Positions 13,931-27,172 of a stretch of 39,976 nt of DNA are shown in pieces. The notes beneath the pieces are model-generated. The model had not been told where the DNA came from, did no database searches, and saw only the letters and a list, made by a program, of their open reading frames with translations. Source of the stretch: Ministeria vibrans ATCC 50519 (lineage: Eukaryota; Protista; Filasterea); contig CALSCP010001922.1 in NCBI GenBank assembly GCA_943704425.1, positions 1 to 39,976 on the forward strand, read 5' to 3'. Position 1 is the first letter of the stretch; every line of letters begins with the position of its first letter. The position numbers and the translations under genes are program-made.

Positions 13931-16900
13931 TTATTCATACGTTGCATTACTTTTGGCCTTCTTTTTTTCACGGAAGAATGCGCTGACGAGACGCTGACTG
14001 GTCGCAAAGTCAGGAGAGTCCCGCCAGCACTGCTGAATCCAGCCGGGGAGTTTGTCTTTGTGGTGCTGAAAGCGCTATAAATGCACAGGTGTATACATGG
14101 ACCATGAATCAAAGGAGGAACAGAAACGAAAGAGAGAATTTCGACTGTGGGTGAATGTGCTCACCTGATCAACAAGAAGAATGGCCGCATAGTCGGATTG
14201 ATGGCGGATACCACGACCAATGCTCTGGTTAACAGCCTTCCAGCACAGCGACTCGTAGTATTGGTCGCCCACCCGTTCACTTTGCTACACACACATGCAG
14301 AAAAAAATAACAAAATGAAGAGTTACAGCCAAAGGCACACACGCAGAACAATATTAGACCTGATTGAGATAGGCAATCTTTTCCTTAAGCTCGGGACTCT
14401 CGCGGTTGGGAAAGGGCAGACCCACCATCACTATAACTCGTCCTAGTCCGTCGGAAAAATTGATCCCCTCACTCATTTTGCCGCCCACCACACTCATAAG
14501 GATCGCTCCGGTCTGTGTGCTCCCCTACAAGTGACCACCATATACTGTGTCAGAGGAACAATATGGCTCGTGAAACTGACCGTGACACCCACAGCAGTCT
14601 GCTCAATGTGAGCCGCGTAGTCTCGCAGTGTCGATTCTGCGCCGCTCTGACCATCCACACGCGACTCGCGAAAAACCTTAACAGAGCACAAACAGACAAA
14701 GTGTGGAGTATTGAGCAACAACATCTCGTTTGGTTGTGTACGTGTCCAACCTTCTTCAAGCGTTCAATGCTCGCCAGCAACTGGGTGCTCTTCCACCGTT
14801 GGTACACCGTCTCCTCCACACTGTACGACGCAAAGAACACAACAATGCCCTAGGCAAGCCAAAAAATATCAGTCACACTCATTCAAACTCGGAGCACGCG
14901 CAGGAGCGAGTGAGAGAGAAGAGATGCAGAGACAAAGTGATATAGATATAGCGGATAAACAATGATAGACACAAAGGTGACAGAGTGATAGAGAAAGAGA
15001 AAGTTAAACGACAAACACATCACACCTGAGGTACTATGCGACAGTAATTGAGTAGTGTGCTTCCCAGTGCATCCGCCTGCAAAAAATAATAAATAAAAAA
15101 ACAGAAGACAAAAAAAGGTCTGAGTTGCACACGTGACGCAGATTCTAATGCCCTACAAGACTGTCCATGTCCGATCGATTCGCATAGTTGAACAAAAAGG
15201 GCACACCAGACGAGCTGGAAGGGACTGTGGTGCACAGCAGATTGCGCTTGTCCACAATGTGTCCACACGAGAACTCATTCAGACGTGAGCGCAAGCGATC
15301 GTTCACAAGAAGTTGGCTCTCAAACTCACCCGCCTTATAGAGCAGATGATAAAGAAGAGAAGTTGGTCAGAGATTAAGAGGCAGACACGATATAAAATGC
15401 GTACTGGTTGCATTGTGCCGCCAGCAAAAATGACGGCGCGACTCTGCTCGAGCACATCGGAGAAGCAACGAGCCGGATTGAGCAGGAGAAACTTGAAGGT
15501 GCTCTATGTGTGGCGTGAGCAAGATGATTGTAGTGATTGTGATCGTAGTGGGGTGCCTTACTGTGCCGTTTCGTGGGACCGGTGCACGCGTAATGAGCAC
15601 TCGTCCATCTTCATCACGATTGCACAGCGCCTAATAGCGGACGTAAGAAGAAAAGTTTTGCAGTCTCGTTTTGTCGATGGAGTACGTCAAAGAAGGACTG
15701 AATGTAGCTAAGCGCAGACACATTGCGCTGGACGTGTTCATCGGCCGAGTCGAGTGCAATTGGCTTTTCGTGAGCCTCAACGAATCCCAAAACCTACTTA
15801 AGAAAACTTAGCATGCACCCAAAAACGCAAGAGACCCAAGGGAGGGTATTCACAGCAACCACGCACCTTTTTTGCAATCCCACTGCGCTGCATATACTCC
15901 ATAAGTGGAAACAAATTGATTTGGTCAATGCGCGCGCTGCTGTAGTTCCATCAGCGTCACCATCTCACTCGCCACATTACTCCCTCCCACTCCACCCAAG
16001 CCGACTGCAAGTACACCCTCAAGGCCCTTGAGCACTTTCAGAATCATCTCAATCCACGTTTTGTTCGACAGACTCAGTCGCTGTTGGTACTTTTCCTGCA
16101 AAGACGGACACACACACACATACACACACAACAACAACAAAAGATAAACGCCCCTCAGTAACAAATCCAAAGTTTTTCTCCCAACAAAAAAGATGGACGC
16201 ACTTTGTAGCGACTGAGCTGTCCAAGAGCCGCACGAAGCAAATCAAGCGATAGAGAAACCGAGTACGCTTGTGCAATGCTGTCAATGAGGTTGTGCGCCT
16301 CGTCAACAATCACAATGTTGTCCTTGACCAGCAGTTGAAACGCCTGGAGAGTGGCACGGGACAAAATTATAAATCTCACACACAATTGTATTTTTGATCC
16401 AATTTCTCCGCGTACCTCTCTTGTTGGTTTGTGCAGAAGAATGTTGTAGGGCAAAAGAACCACATGGGCAGCCCGGACAGCACTGCGAGTGCCGTAGTAC
16501 GGACATGCCTAAGAATAAAATAAACACATACACTTTGCGTGGGTCTCAGTAGAACAACGATTTGTTACCTCAATGGACTTGCCGAGTCCTACAAGCTCCT
16601 CTACGTCGCGAATTTCAGTGAGAGTGTGTGCTCGGAAGGCATCGGTGCCGTCGGTGCGCAGGTAGGGACACGACGAGATGGCGTCCGACGACTTGCGTTT
16701 CTGAGAACTGCTCTTCTGCATGTCGGTGCAGCGGTCATTGATGCGCGCGTGTGTCTTTAGTCGGTTCACGCTGTCATTAACACACATAGTTTTGCGTGAT
16801 CCAAGTGTCACCACACGCAATGAGCCTGTAAAAATACCAAACAAAAAAAAGTAAATTGCACTGCATCTGTGTCTCCACCTCCTCTACTTGTACCATAGAC

Positions 16901-17838
16901 TGTCTTTTTGATTTCCTGTACAAATTGCGCCAGCTGTGAGTGAGTGCGGCTGCAAAAGATAATCTTGGTAACATCTGGCTCGTCTTCCTTTTCGTCACGC
17001 CGTCGCGCCTCTTCGAGTTCAGTGTCCGAGTCGTTCTCAAACACAAGCGTGTCGCTTGCTTCGTCTTCGACACAAAAGTCGTCGTCGTCGTCGTTGTCGC
17101 TGTCGTTGTGTTCACCAGCATCACTAGCAGCGGTCGTCTTGGTGGTGATACTCGATGTGCCCCCAATCGATCGGAAAGTCTTTGGTTTCTTGGCAACGCG
17201 CGAAACGCCGGTTCGCTGATCAACACGAAACTTTTCGAGTTTCATCGTTTGCTCCTCAATCTACAGCGCGCCCGACACCCCCGTTTCAACGCCCACAACA
17301 GAGCACTCCCAATCCAATTGCAAGCTACCTTTCGCCGCCGCTCGAGAAACACCGATGCTTGCGACTCGTGCGCTTTTGCCGCACACTGATCGGCGATCCA
17401 ATCCACTGAAACGGTCGCGGACGCGTCGCGCTTTCGCGCCGAAATCTCAGCCTCCACCGTTGTCGCCTCCAGCTTCTCCTGGTTCTCATGATCCACAAGC
17501 CATTTGGCTGCGCCGCAAAAGAGACTCAGGCTCTTGCCCTGGAAGCGCAAATATGGGGGAGATGGCTCACTTATAATGACGAGGACTCTGTCTCGCTCTC
17601 TCTCTCTCTCTGTATGTCTGTCTCTCTCTCTCTCTCTGTCTGTCTGTCTCTCTGTGTCTCTCACCGTTCCCGTTGGACTCTCAAAGATTCCAATGCGACC
17701 CTCGTCAATGGTTTTGTATAAGGCGTGCATAAAGTCCTTCTGAATGTCGTAAGGCGGATCGTACGGAAAGGGAAAGTTCAGCGGATCGGTCGTCGACATT
17801 TCATCCGCCGCATTGGATGTAGTCGTCGGCTGACTCAT
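13931..17838 (-). CDS. DDX11: DDX11/Chl1 Fe-S DNA helicase (many exons; one apparent frame break near 15930)
   Basis: [20 protein letters not shown]|[83 protein letters not shown]; stop at 13931-13933. Confidence 0.94.
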
Positions 17839-17970
17839 CCGATACGCAGTTTGTAAATCAAACACCCAATCCTGGGAGAGCCCAAACACAGAGAGGGATA
17901 TAAAGTAAAGTGTTGAACTCATGAGTCAATCGAATAGTATTATAAATTATTATTTTAGTATTTATCTACC

Positions 17971-19746
17971 ATGAGTGTGTTGCCACAGTCGTGCACCGTA
18001 TGTGTACTGGGCGCCGGGATAACGGGTCTGAGTGCCGCGGTGCTTTTGTCGCGACGACTCGGCGACAAGGCGTCCATTGTTGTGGTTGAGCCGTCACAGC
18101 GTGTGGGTGGCTGGGCGCACACTACAGTGAAGGAGGGGGTAAGCCATCCGTCGGAGTAGATGCTGTATTTTGTCTGGGTGTGTGTGCTTTGTGTGAGGGA
18201 GTGCCAGTGTGTGTGCGAGTGTGACTCTTTTTTAATATAATTATATTTTTTGGCACATGATAGCATCTTCTCGAGCACGGAGTGCGTAGCGTACGCAATC
18301 TGCCTATTAAGGGCTGGAGAACGCTCGACCTTGCGTGCTCGGTTGGGCTGGCCGACAAGGTTATCTGGCCGAGTGGCAGTGGGCCCGCGTCGAAGCGCTT
18401 TGTCCTGCGCCATGGCGAATTGCGCGAGTTACCAGCCACGATCATTTCGTTGCTGCGACACAAGTCCCTGGCCAAGGCACTGTTGCGCGAGGTGATGGTC
18501 CCGCCCAGGGAGTATGTGGGGGACCGACCGGTAATGCTGGACGGCAGCGACGACGAGACTGTGTACGATTTTGCGGTGCGACGACTCGGCGAGACGGTCG
18601 CCGACGAGATGATTGATCCGTTGTGTCGTGGGATCTATGCTGGCGATCCGCGCCACCTGAGTGCCAGTGCGTGCTTTCCGATTCTTGGTGAACTTGAACG
18701 GGCGCACGGTTCGCTCGTGAAGGGTGCCTTGCGCCACTCGAGTGCCAACGCCGAGCAGTTGCGCATGGCGCGACAGCAGTTTGAGAGTGAGCAGACGGAC
18801 GCGCTTGTGACAGCGATGAAGAAAGACGGCGCTGGTATGTTCTCCTTCCTTGGTGGTATGGGTTCGTTTACGGATGCACTCTTGGACTACCTACGGAAAC
18901 AGAGCAACGTGCAAGTGGTGTTGGGTCAGACGTGCACGGGAGTGCGCGTTGACGAAAGTGGCACCACCGTTCACGTGAGTGTGGAGGAGAGTAACATGAC
19001 AGCGAGTGCCAACGAAACACGTGACGATGCTGGCTGTACAGGGGTGACGCAGAGTATTGCGTGCTCCGGTGTCATCTCGGCCATGTCGTCGCACTCTCTC
19101 GCTCCTATTGTACGCGCATCGTTGAACAAGCGCGAATCGGTCGAGCTTGCACGGCTGCTGACCACATCCCGTCGTGCAACGGTCGCCGTAGTCAATGCAG
19201 TGTATGCAGGAGGGTGCGACGCAGTGCTGCCCGTGCGTGCCTTTGGTTATTTGGTGCCACGTGTAGAGCAAGACACAGTGCTAGGCACAGTGTTTGACTC
19301 GTGTGCCTTCCCTGGACAAGAGGCGCCATCCGAGGAGTCGCAACAGTGGACTCGTCTCTCCGTCATGATTGGTGGTGCGGACCAGCCCAGTGCTCTTGCC
19401 GACCTTTCCACTGCCCACATTGAAGAAATCGCCACGGAGGCACTCTCGCGTCATCTCAAAATCACTCAGAGACCCTCGTTGCTCCTGACAAAGGTATTCA
19501 CTGTGCACACAAATATGTTAAAAAAAATGCGTGTACAATCGCCCGACACTATACTATTAGGTGAACCGGGATGCAATTGAGCACTATGCGCCGGGACACA
19601 GTGCACGAGTGGAGCGGGTGCGTGAGCTAGTATCGCGATCGCTGCTAGGGCGTATGGAGCTGGCTGGTGCCGCATACGACGGTGTCAGCGTCAACGATTG
19701 TGTTGCCAGTGCCCACTTGGCGGTCCAACGCATTCTCTCTGTGTGA
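17971..19746 (+). CDS. PPOX: Protoporphyrinogen oxidase; exons 17971-18138, 18264-19493, 19561-19746
   Basis: FAD-binding VLGAGITGLSAA, RVGGW, IDPLCRGIYAGD, FGYLVP, LGTVFDSC, AGAAYDGVSVNDCV. Confidence 0.95.
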
Positions 19747-19781
19747 TATTGTTTTGTTAAATGTATATAGCATATTTTTAA

Positions 19782-20399
19782 TTAGCGGAGTTTATGGCCA
19801 ACACCGGTGAACGGTTGGAATGAGGGAGTCTAAAGGAGAGTGTGTGTGAGTGTGAGGAGGATAAGAAAGAAAAAGCGAAATAGACCTGTTCTTCTTGAGA
19901 CGACGGCTCTTCTTGCGCTTGTGCATGTGCCGCTTCTGCTGCTTCTTGTTGATGTCCTTGTGGTTGCTGTTGTTGTTGTTGTTGTTGTTGTTGTCTTGCG
20001 CGTCGTTCGGCAGCAGCCAAGAAGGTCAGGCGATTCGGCGCATGTGCACTAAACAGGCAGATGTGAATGCAACAGTTATAGATAATTGTATGAGAGTGTT
20101 GGATGACGTACGGAGTTGTTGTCGCTGTTGTTGTGGTTGGAGGCACAACAGCAGCAGTAGCAGCAATGGGAGCGGGGGCAGTACTGCTGGTGGGACGGCC
20201 TTTGAGGGGCTTTCCGTCGATGCGCTGACCCGAACCGCCAAAGGGAGTCAGTGCACTTCTGCTTGACTTGGCCTTGGCACTGTCGTCGTCGCTGTCGTCC
20301 GAGTCGCTCACATCCGAGTCGTTGAGCTTCTCCACCTTAAGAACCTATCAAATGAAATACAAATCAAATCAAAATTAGGCGAGGTGAGTGGAACGAAAA

Positions 20400-20431
<32 letters not shown>

Positions 20432-21290
20432 AAAAAAAACACGAAAGTGTGTGCGTTACGTACCTTGGGTGCTTTCGGCACCGCGACTGGTTTGGGCTCT
20501 TCGTAGCCAATGGGTGCTTCAAAGTCAACTTCCATGTCGCACTCAATGATGGTTACTGCATTCTGTGGCTTGAGCTCCTTCACCTCGAGATGGTAGATGC
20601 GGTCGTTGTAGGCAATGGCAATGACATCGCCGAGTGTCAGACACGCAAAGCTGCGCAGTCCCTTCTCGAGACTACACAGAAAATGAACACAATTAGAAGG
20701 CGAGAAGGCAAGAGGAGAGGTGAGAGGAGAGAAAATGAGGGGAGTCCTTACACAGCTTTGGGATTGGAGATGTTGAGGAAATCGGTAGACTGCGGCTGGA
20801 ACTTGGCAAAGGTACAAGTGGGCAGCGGAACGTTTTCAATGTGCACTGTGTCGGCTTCCTTCAGCCCGAGATTGGTCATCATCCAGAAGGGCATGTAGAC
20901 GCGGCCTTCCTCGGCGATAAACTCGAGGACGCCGCAGTGTGTGGTGCGATGGGGCGCAGGGTCGACGAGTGCGTCATACGAGGACAAGGAAGGTGTCTCG
21001 CCAAGCGTCGTCGACGTGTCCATCGCCACGGCGCGATCGCCGCCACCGTTACGATTGACCACGCGGAAGAGCATCGGGAACTGGATGAGCAGGCGCGAGA
21101 GGACTTCGAGCGCCGACGGAGGCAGTAAGATTTTGCCGCCGCGTTCACGCTCGACAGCCGCCGAACCACGCAGCCCTGGCGCCATGGCGAACGAGTAGCA
21201 GGCGTAGTCTTTGGAGAAGCCACTTCCACCGAAGCGAGCAGCGCCAAGGCCTTGTATGTGCTCCAGGAGGCGTTGAGGAAATTCGTCCAT
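19782..21290 (-). CDS. UFD1: Ubiquitin fusion degradation protein 1 (p97/Cdc48 cofactor)
   Basis: [54 protein letters not shown]|[22 protein letters not shown]; two SHP-like boxes, PFGGSGQRI and PFTGVGHKL*. Confidence 0.96.
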
Positions 21291-21349
21291 TTGTTCGCGA
21301 ATGAAACTTGAAAAATTATTCTGATTTGTCATTTGGTTTCTTTTGTCTA

Positions 21350-21662
21350 TGTGTTGTCGTTTGAGTGAGCTCAGTAATCGGGTCCTGTATGTGACTGAGG
21401 AGTGAGGAGGTCTGATCAGTCGTTCTATATAATGAGGGATATGCGGAATGACTAGAATGAGTTCACAGAGTAGTGAGAGTGGCGATCTATCTCTCCTGAT
21501 TTTGACAGATTTGATTTCAAATTTTAGTCATAGTCATTAGCTTGCAGGATATGGAGTATCTGGTGCCTATCGCGTTACTTTTCTGGCCAACAGCCAATCT
21601 GTCTCCGCTCCTTCTCGACGCTCCTGTAGCTTAGAAAGTGGTTCTGAGCTGTTTGTGTTGTC
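21350..21662. mobile_element. Possible small insertion flanked by the 9-bp direct repeat TGTGTTGTC
   Basis: TGTGTTGTC at 21350-21358 and 21654-21662; inner inverted 7-mer AGCTCAG (21368-74) / CTGAGCT (21644-50); composition more balanced than the AT-rich flanks. Confidence 0.3.
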
Positions 21663-21743
21663 TAATAAATTGTAAAAATGTCTTATTCTTCTTCTAATAG
21701 GAATTAATTAATCTTAGTATTATAAGTATTATCGTGTTGAACT

Positions 21744-22442
21744 ATGGCTGCTGCTCAGTTGACGTCCACGGCGTACCTGAGTGCTGGAAGAGTGAATCTT
21801 GGGCTCCTTCGCGAGAGCACCCGAAGTGAGCTCCTCGAATGCTTAGCGTCTGCGGGCGTCGGCAAGAAGGTGTGAGCGTGTCGTGCAGTGTGTGTATGTG
21901 TGTGTGTGTGTGTGCCTTGAAGCCTGTCGCATTCCATTTGCGGTGTTCGCGAGCGATGTTGTCTTTGGGGTTATTTCTCTTTGTTCCTCTTCTCACCGTC
22001 TCCCTCGGCGTCTGTAGGCGCTTGTCATGGACCCATTGCTTGTCGGACCGCTAGGCCTTGTGATTGAGTCGCGCGTGCTGAAGGAGAATGGCGTTGAGAA
22101 GCTGTTTCATCTGGTTCCTGGGCGGATGGACGTTCCGCCCGATGTCAGCATTGTCGTGTACCTTGCGCGCCCCCAGGTACGCCCTCCTGCCCCCTTAAGA
22201 CCCCTCTGCCAAGCCCGGCGTGTGTCGCTGCTCACTTTTCTCCTTTGCAGTCGACCTTGATGCGCCAAATCGCAACAGCCATTCGGTTCGTTTTTTATCT
22301 TTTTCTTGTTGGACTCTGTCTCTCTTGTTTGTGTGTCTCGTCTGACTCTCTCTATCACTTTGTTTCTTTCTCTCTCTCTATCACTTTGTTTCTCTCTCTA
22401 TCTCTCTATCACCTTGCTTCTCTCTCTCTCTCTATCACTTTG

Positions 22443-22525
<83 letters not shown>

Positions 22526-25250
22526 CTTTGCTTCTCTCTCTCTATCACTTTGTGTAGGGCGAACCACGAGAAAGGCGACGTGAAGGAGTATTACCTCTTC
22601 TTTGTTCCCAGACGTACGATGCTGTGCGAAAAGGTGCTGGAAGAGGCGGGCGTCTATGGCGATTTGACCATTGGCGAGTTTCAGGTGAGCGCGTCTTGTG
22701 CAAAGCGGTTTGTGTTGATACTCTACTTCTGTGCCATTTTCTCTCTCTCCCTTTTTTATTCGCAGTTGGAACTCCTTCCGCTGGACAACGATCTTCTGTC
22801 TCTTGAAATGCCTACTGCCTTTAAAGAGTGTTTCCTACACGGTGACCGCACTTCCATGGTACGCAATTCGATCGCTCCCATCCTCCTACTGATCAATCTG
22901 TCTAGTTCTACGTGGCACGTTCGCTGATGAAACTACAATCGGCGTGCGGGTTCATCCCCTCTTTGTACGGCAAAGGCGACAACGCCAAACACGTCGCGCG
23001 CATGATGCTGCGCATGCGCCGTGAACTGGGCGGCGCTGAGGAGATGCCTATCCGCCCTGAGATTGACCAGCTCATTTTGCTCGATCGCAATGTCGATTTC
23101 ATTACTCCAATGTGTTCTCAGCTCACCTACGAAGGTAAGCAAGGGGGGGGTTTTTTTTTAAAAAAAAAAAAAACTGTTGTTGTCTCATTCCCTCCCTCTA
23201 TTCCTTTGTTTCTCTCTCACTTTGTTTACTTTTTTTTCGTTCATCTCTTTGTTTCTCTCTCCCTCAATTCTTTCTCATTTTTTTCTTTTCTTTTTTCCCT
23301 CTCTCCATTCATTCTCTCTCTTTATCTCTTTCATCTGACGACTTGTGTGTTAGGATTGATTGACGAGGTGTTTGGCATTGAGCATTGCTTTGTGACTCTT
23401 CCACACGAAGTCATTCCGCCCAAAGAAGGCTCAAACAAAAAGGTGCTTCTTCTCATATTTGTTCAATCCATTGGACTGTAGGCTAAATAGTGGTTGGTTG
23501 TTTGTTAGGTTATTGTTCATCTCGTTTCTGGTGATAATATCTTCTCCGAAATTCGTGATATGGTATATTATTGAAAAACAGGGGGTTGTATTCACCCTAG
23601 TTGATATAATTATATTTTTGGTGTAGAACTTTTCCTCGGTCGGTCCACTTTTGTCGCAAAAAGCAAAACTGATCTCTCAACAGGTAAACATCAAAGAAAG
23701 TGACAAACACACACATACACAAATTGCCACAGTCATAGGAACATACACATACACAGAAATGACTGATCGTGAATGTGTTGTTTGTCGGTGTGTGCTTTAT
23801 TATTTAGTATGACTCTCGTCACGACGCAAAGACTGTGACGCAAATTAGGGAGTTTGTGGGACGATTGGGAACACTTCAGTCGGACCATTTGTCGCTCAAG
23901 AACCACACAGCAATCACAGAGAAGTACGAAACACACACGCGAGAGATGGATAAGAGATGTGACATATATTGGAACTTGTTTTAGTATTATGAAACATACC
24001 AATAGCGCTCCGTTCCTGTCAGGACTGCACACTGAGCAGGATTTTACAGCGGGCGTTGACACTGAGAAGATTAACGACGTATCAACACACATAGATATAG
24101 TTTGTGCGGTTTCTCACTCTCTGTGTTTTGGCGGTGTATAGTACATTGAGACGTTGCTTGCGAAACGTGAAGACATTCACAAAGTGATTCGCCTGATTTG
24201 TCTTCAATCTCAGGTCAATGGTGGTCTCAAGACGAAGGGTAATAATATTCTTATAAGCGTACTTATTGTACATGCTGTAACTCACCACTTTGTTCCCTTC
24301 TCCTTTTTGTCACTTTTTTTCTCTCTCTCTTTCACTCTGTTTCTATCACTCTGTCTCTATCACTTTGTTTCTTTCTCCTCTCTATCACTTTGTTTCTCCC
24401 TCTCTATCACGTTGTGTCTCTCTCTATCACTTTGTTTCTTTCTCCTATCTCTCTCTCTCTTTCTCTTTCTCTGTATGCATAGTGCTTGACTTTTACAAGC
24501 GTGAGATCCTTCAGACGTATGGCTATGAGTACATTGTCGCACTCCAAGATCTTATGAAGATTGGTTCGTTTTTTTCATTTGCGTTTTCACTTTGATAACT
24601 CTCATCTCTTCCTGTCTTTCCCTCTCTCTCTCTTCTATGTTTGTATTGTTAGGTCTTATTCAGACAAAACAAGAACGCAATACATATCCGTCTGTGCGCA
24701 AGACACTCAAACTCATTGTTGACGATGTTGACGAATCAAACCCATCCGATCTCTCATACGGTACGCCGTTCATTATTTTATATTATGGACACACGGACAC
24801 TGTGACTCTTGCTCATTCACTTACACTGCGATTGACTCACTTGCTCTCCAATCTAACTAAATGACTCATTCACTTGCTCCATCATTCACTCTCTCAACCC
24901 TCCCCACTGTCATGTCTCGTGTAGCTTACTCTGGGTACGCACCACTGAGTGTGCGTCTTGTGCAGCACATGTGTCGCAATGGACTGCGTGGCATTGAAGA
25001 GGTATCACCACAATTAAACGCCACACATACTTGCACACATAATTATTTAATATGACTTCTTTGAAACAGCTGCTGAAGATGCTTCCGGGCGACTCGTTTG
25101 AAGCGACACAAACCCTTCCGGCTGGTGTGCAGGACAAGTCGCACTCTCGCGCACCCGGAACACAGCCCAAAATCACAATGGTACACATACGTTTCTCGTC
25201 TCTTTCTCTTTCTGTTTTGTCTGTCGGTCTCTGACCAAGCACACACGCGT

Positions 25251-25284
<34 letters not shown>

Positions 25285-25532
25285 TAAAGGTGTTTTTCTT
25301 GGGTGGAGTGACGTACGGTGAGATTGCTGCGCTGCGCTTTCTCGCCCAACAAGACCCCTCCAACGACTTTATCATTGCCACGACCAAAATCATCAACGGG
25401 TAACACACACAAATGCAAAACAGCGCAAACGCTTCAATTGGATTTGTTTCTAGTGATTCGCTGATCAACACCGTCGTTGACACGGATATTGTGCCGCTGG
25501 AAAAGGCTGCACCGCCTCCTTCTAAGAAATGA
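21744..25532 (+). CDS. VPS33: Vacuolar protein sorting 33 (Sec1/Munc18 family; HOPS/CORVET), about 16 exons
   Basis: [97 protein letters not shown]; all introns traced as GT-AG. Confidence 0.96.
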
Positions 25533-25600
25533 AATGCAACGCCAATGGACAATATTAATATTACAATGTGAGAGAGTGTGTGTGCAATAATGAATCAGTA

Positions 25601-26990
25601 TCAGTGGTGAGTGGAGGAGAACTCTCGTTCGCGAATAAGCATCATTTTGGCCAGTTCGTTGCGACGACGGCTTTGCACTCCACCATCCTACACAACGAGA
25701 GAAAATGGTAGAAACGTTGATAAACACTGAGAGTAAGGGCACAAATAACTTACTTTCCAGAGAATGACAAGAGAGTCCGAGCCACACGAGGCGAAGGAGT
25801 CGTCTGTAAAGGCAGCTATCGCATTGACGCCGACGGAGTGCCCAATGAGCTCACCGAGACAGGCGGGCGCACGGGCCAGAGCGGCACTGGGAGATTGTAC
25901 ACTGTTGATGGGTCCCGAAGAGGAAATGGCTGACGCAGGACGAGCACGTTCCTGTGACAAGAGAGAAAGAGAGCAAGAGAGACCGAGAGTGTGTGAGAGT
26001 GTCTGTGTGTGTATGGGGGATTGAGCCAGGGAGTGGAACATGGCGCACTTACGCGTTTCTTGGAAGTTCCCTTGTCCGGCGTAATGCCTAGCAGAAGATC
26101 GAGAACAGGATCGTACTACAACATGAAAACGAGAGAGAGCGTGCACGCAAGAGAACGGTAAATAAGAGCCAAGGCGACAAACAAAACAGACCTCGCCAGT
26201 GTCGACACGGTACTGCATGTCAGGGCTAAGTTTCGCAGGGTCTGCGCCCCACAAGCGAATGGTTGCGTCTTGCGAGCAGGTCACAAGTCGTGCACCGCCA
26301 TGCAGACTGATAATATGTGTGACAATGGCACGATGAGCATTCTGGCGCTCCGCCAAGAGCTCACCCGTCGCCACGTCAAACACCATGAAGCCATTGCCAA
26401 CTGCAGCCACAAGATACTTCTACAGAAGATAACGTATGTCCTGTCAAAAACAAGTGCGGGTGTGTGCGTGTGGGTAGGCGTGCCTCGGCAATCGGATGGA
26501 GACAGTGGATGTTGAAGGGGTAGGAGTGTGTGGGGTCAAGCAGGACAGACTGGTGTGAGTTGAGTACACGCATTGCACTGAGTGTGTGTGATGTCCACAA
26601 CACAATAGCCCCGTCAAGTGAACCCGATGCAAACAGACCGTCGGAGATGCGGACCAGCGTGCGCACAACATCTCGATGGTGAGAGACTAAAATGCAATAC
26701 AAAAAAAATATAATAATAATAATAATTATTATTATAATAAATATTATTATTAAAAAGTGAGGGAAATATTCCCAACTGTGTGTGGTGCATACGGCATCTG
26801 TGGGGGTTCATGGTGGCACTGGGCGTGGGCTCATACGCCGGTTGAGACCATGAGTACACCTCCAGGTCACATGCGTCCGACGCCGCTACCAGTCGCTGTT
26901 CGCGCAACGTTAACACCGTGTGTACGTTTGCTGTGCAACAAATTGAAAACAGCCTGTGAGTCCACCCTCTCTCATATACACTGAGCATTT

Positions 26991-27088
<98 letters not shown>

Positions 27089-27089
27089 C

Positions 27090-27172
<83 letters not shown>

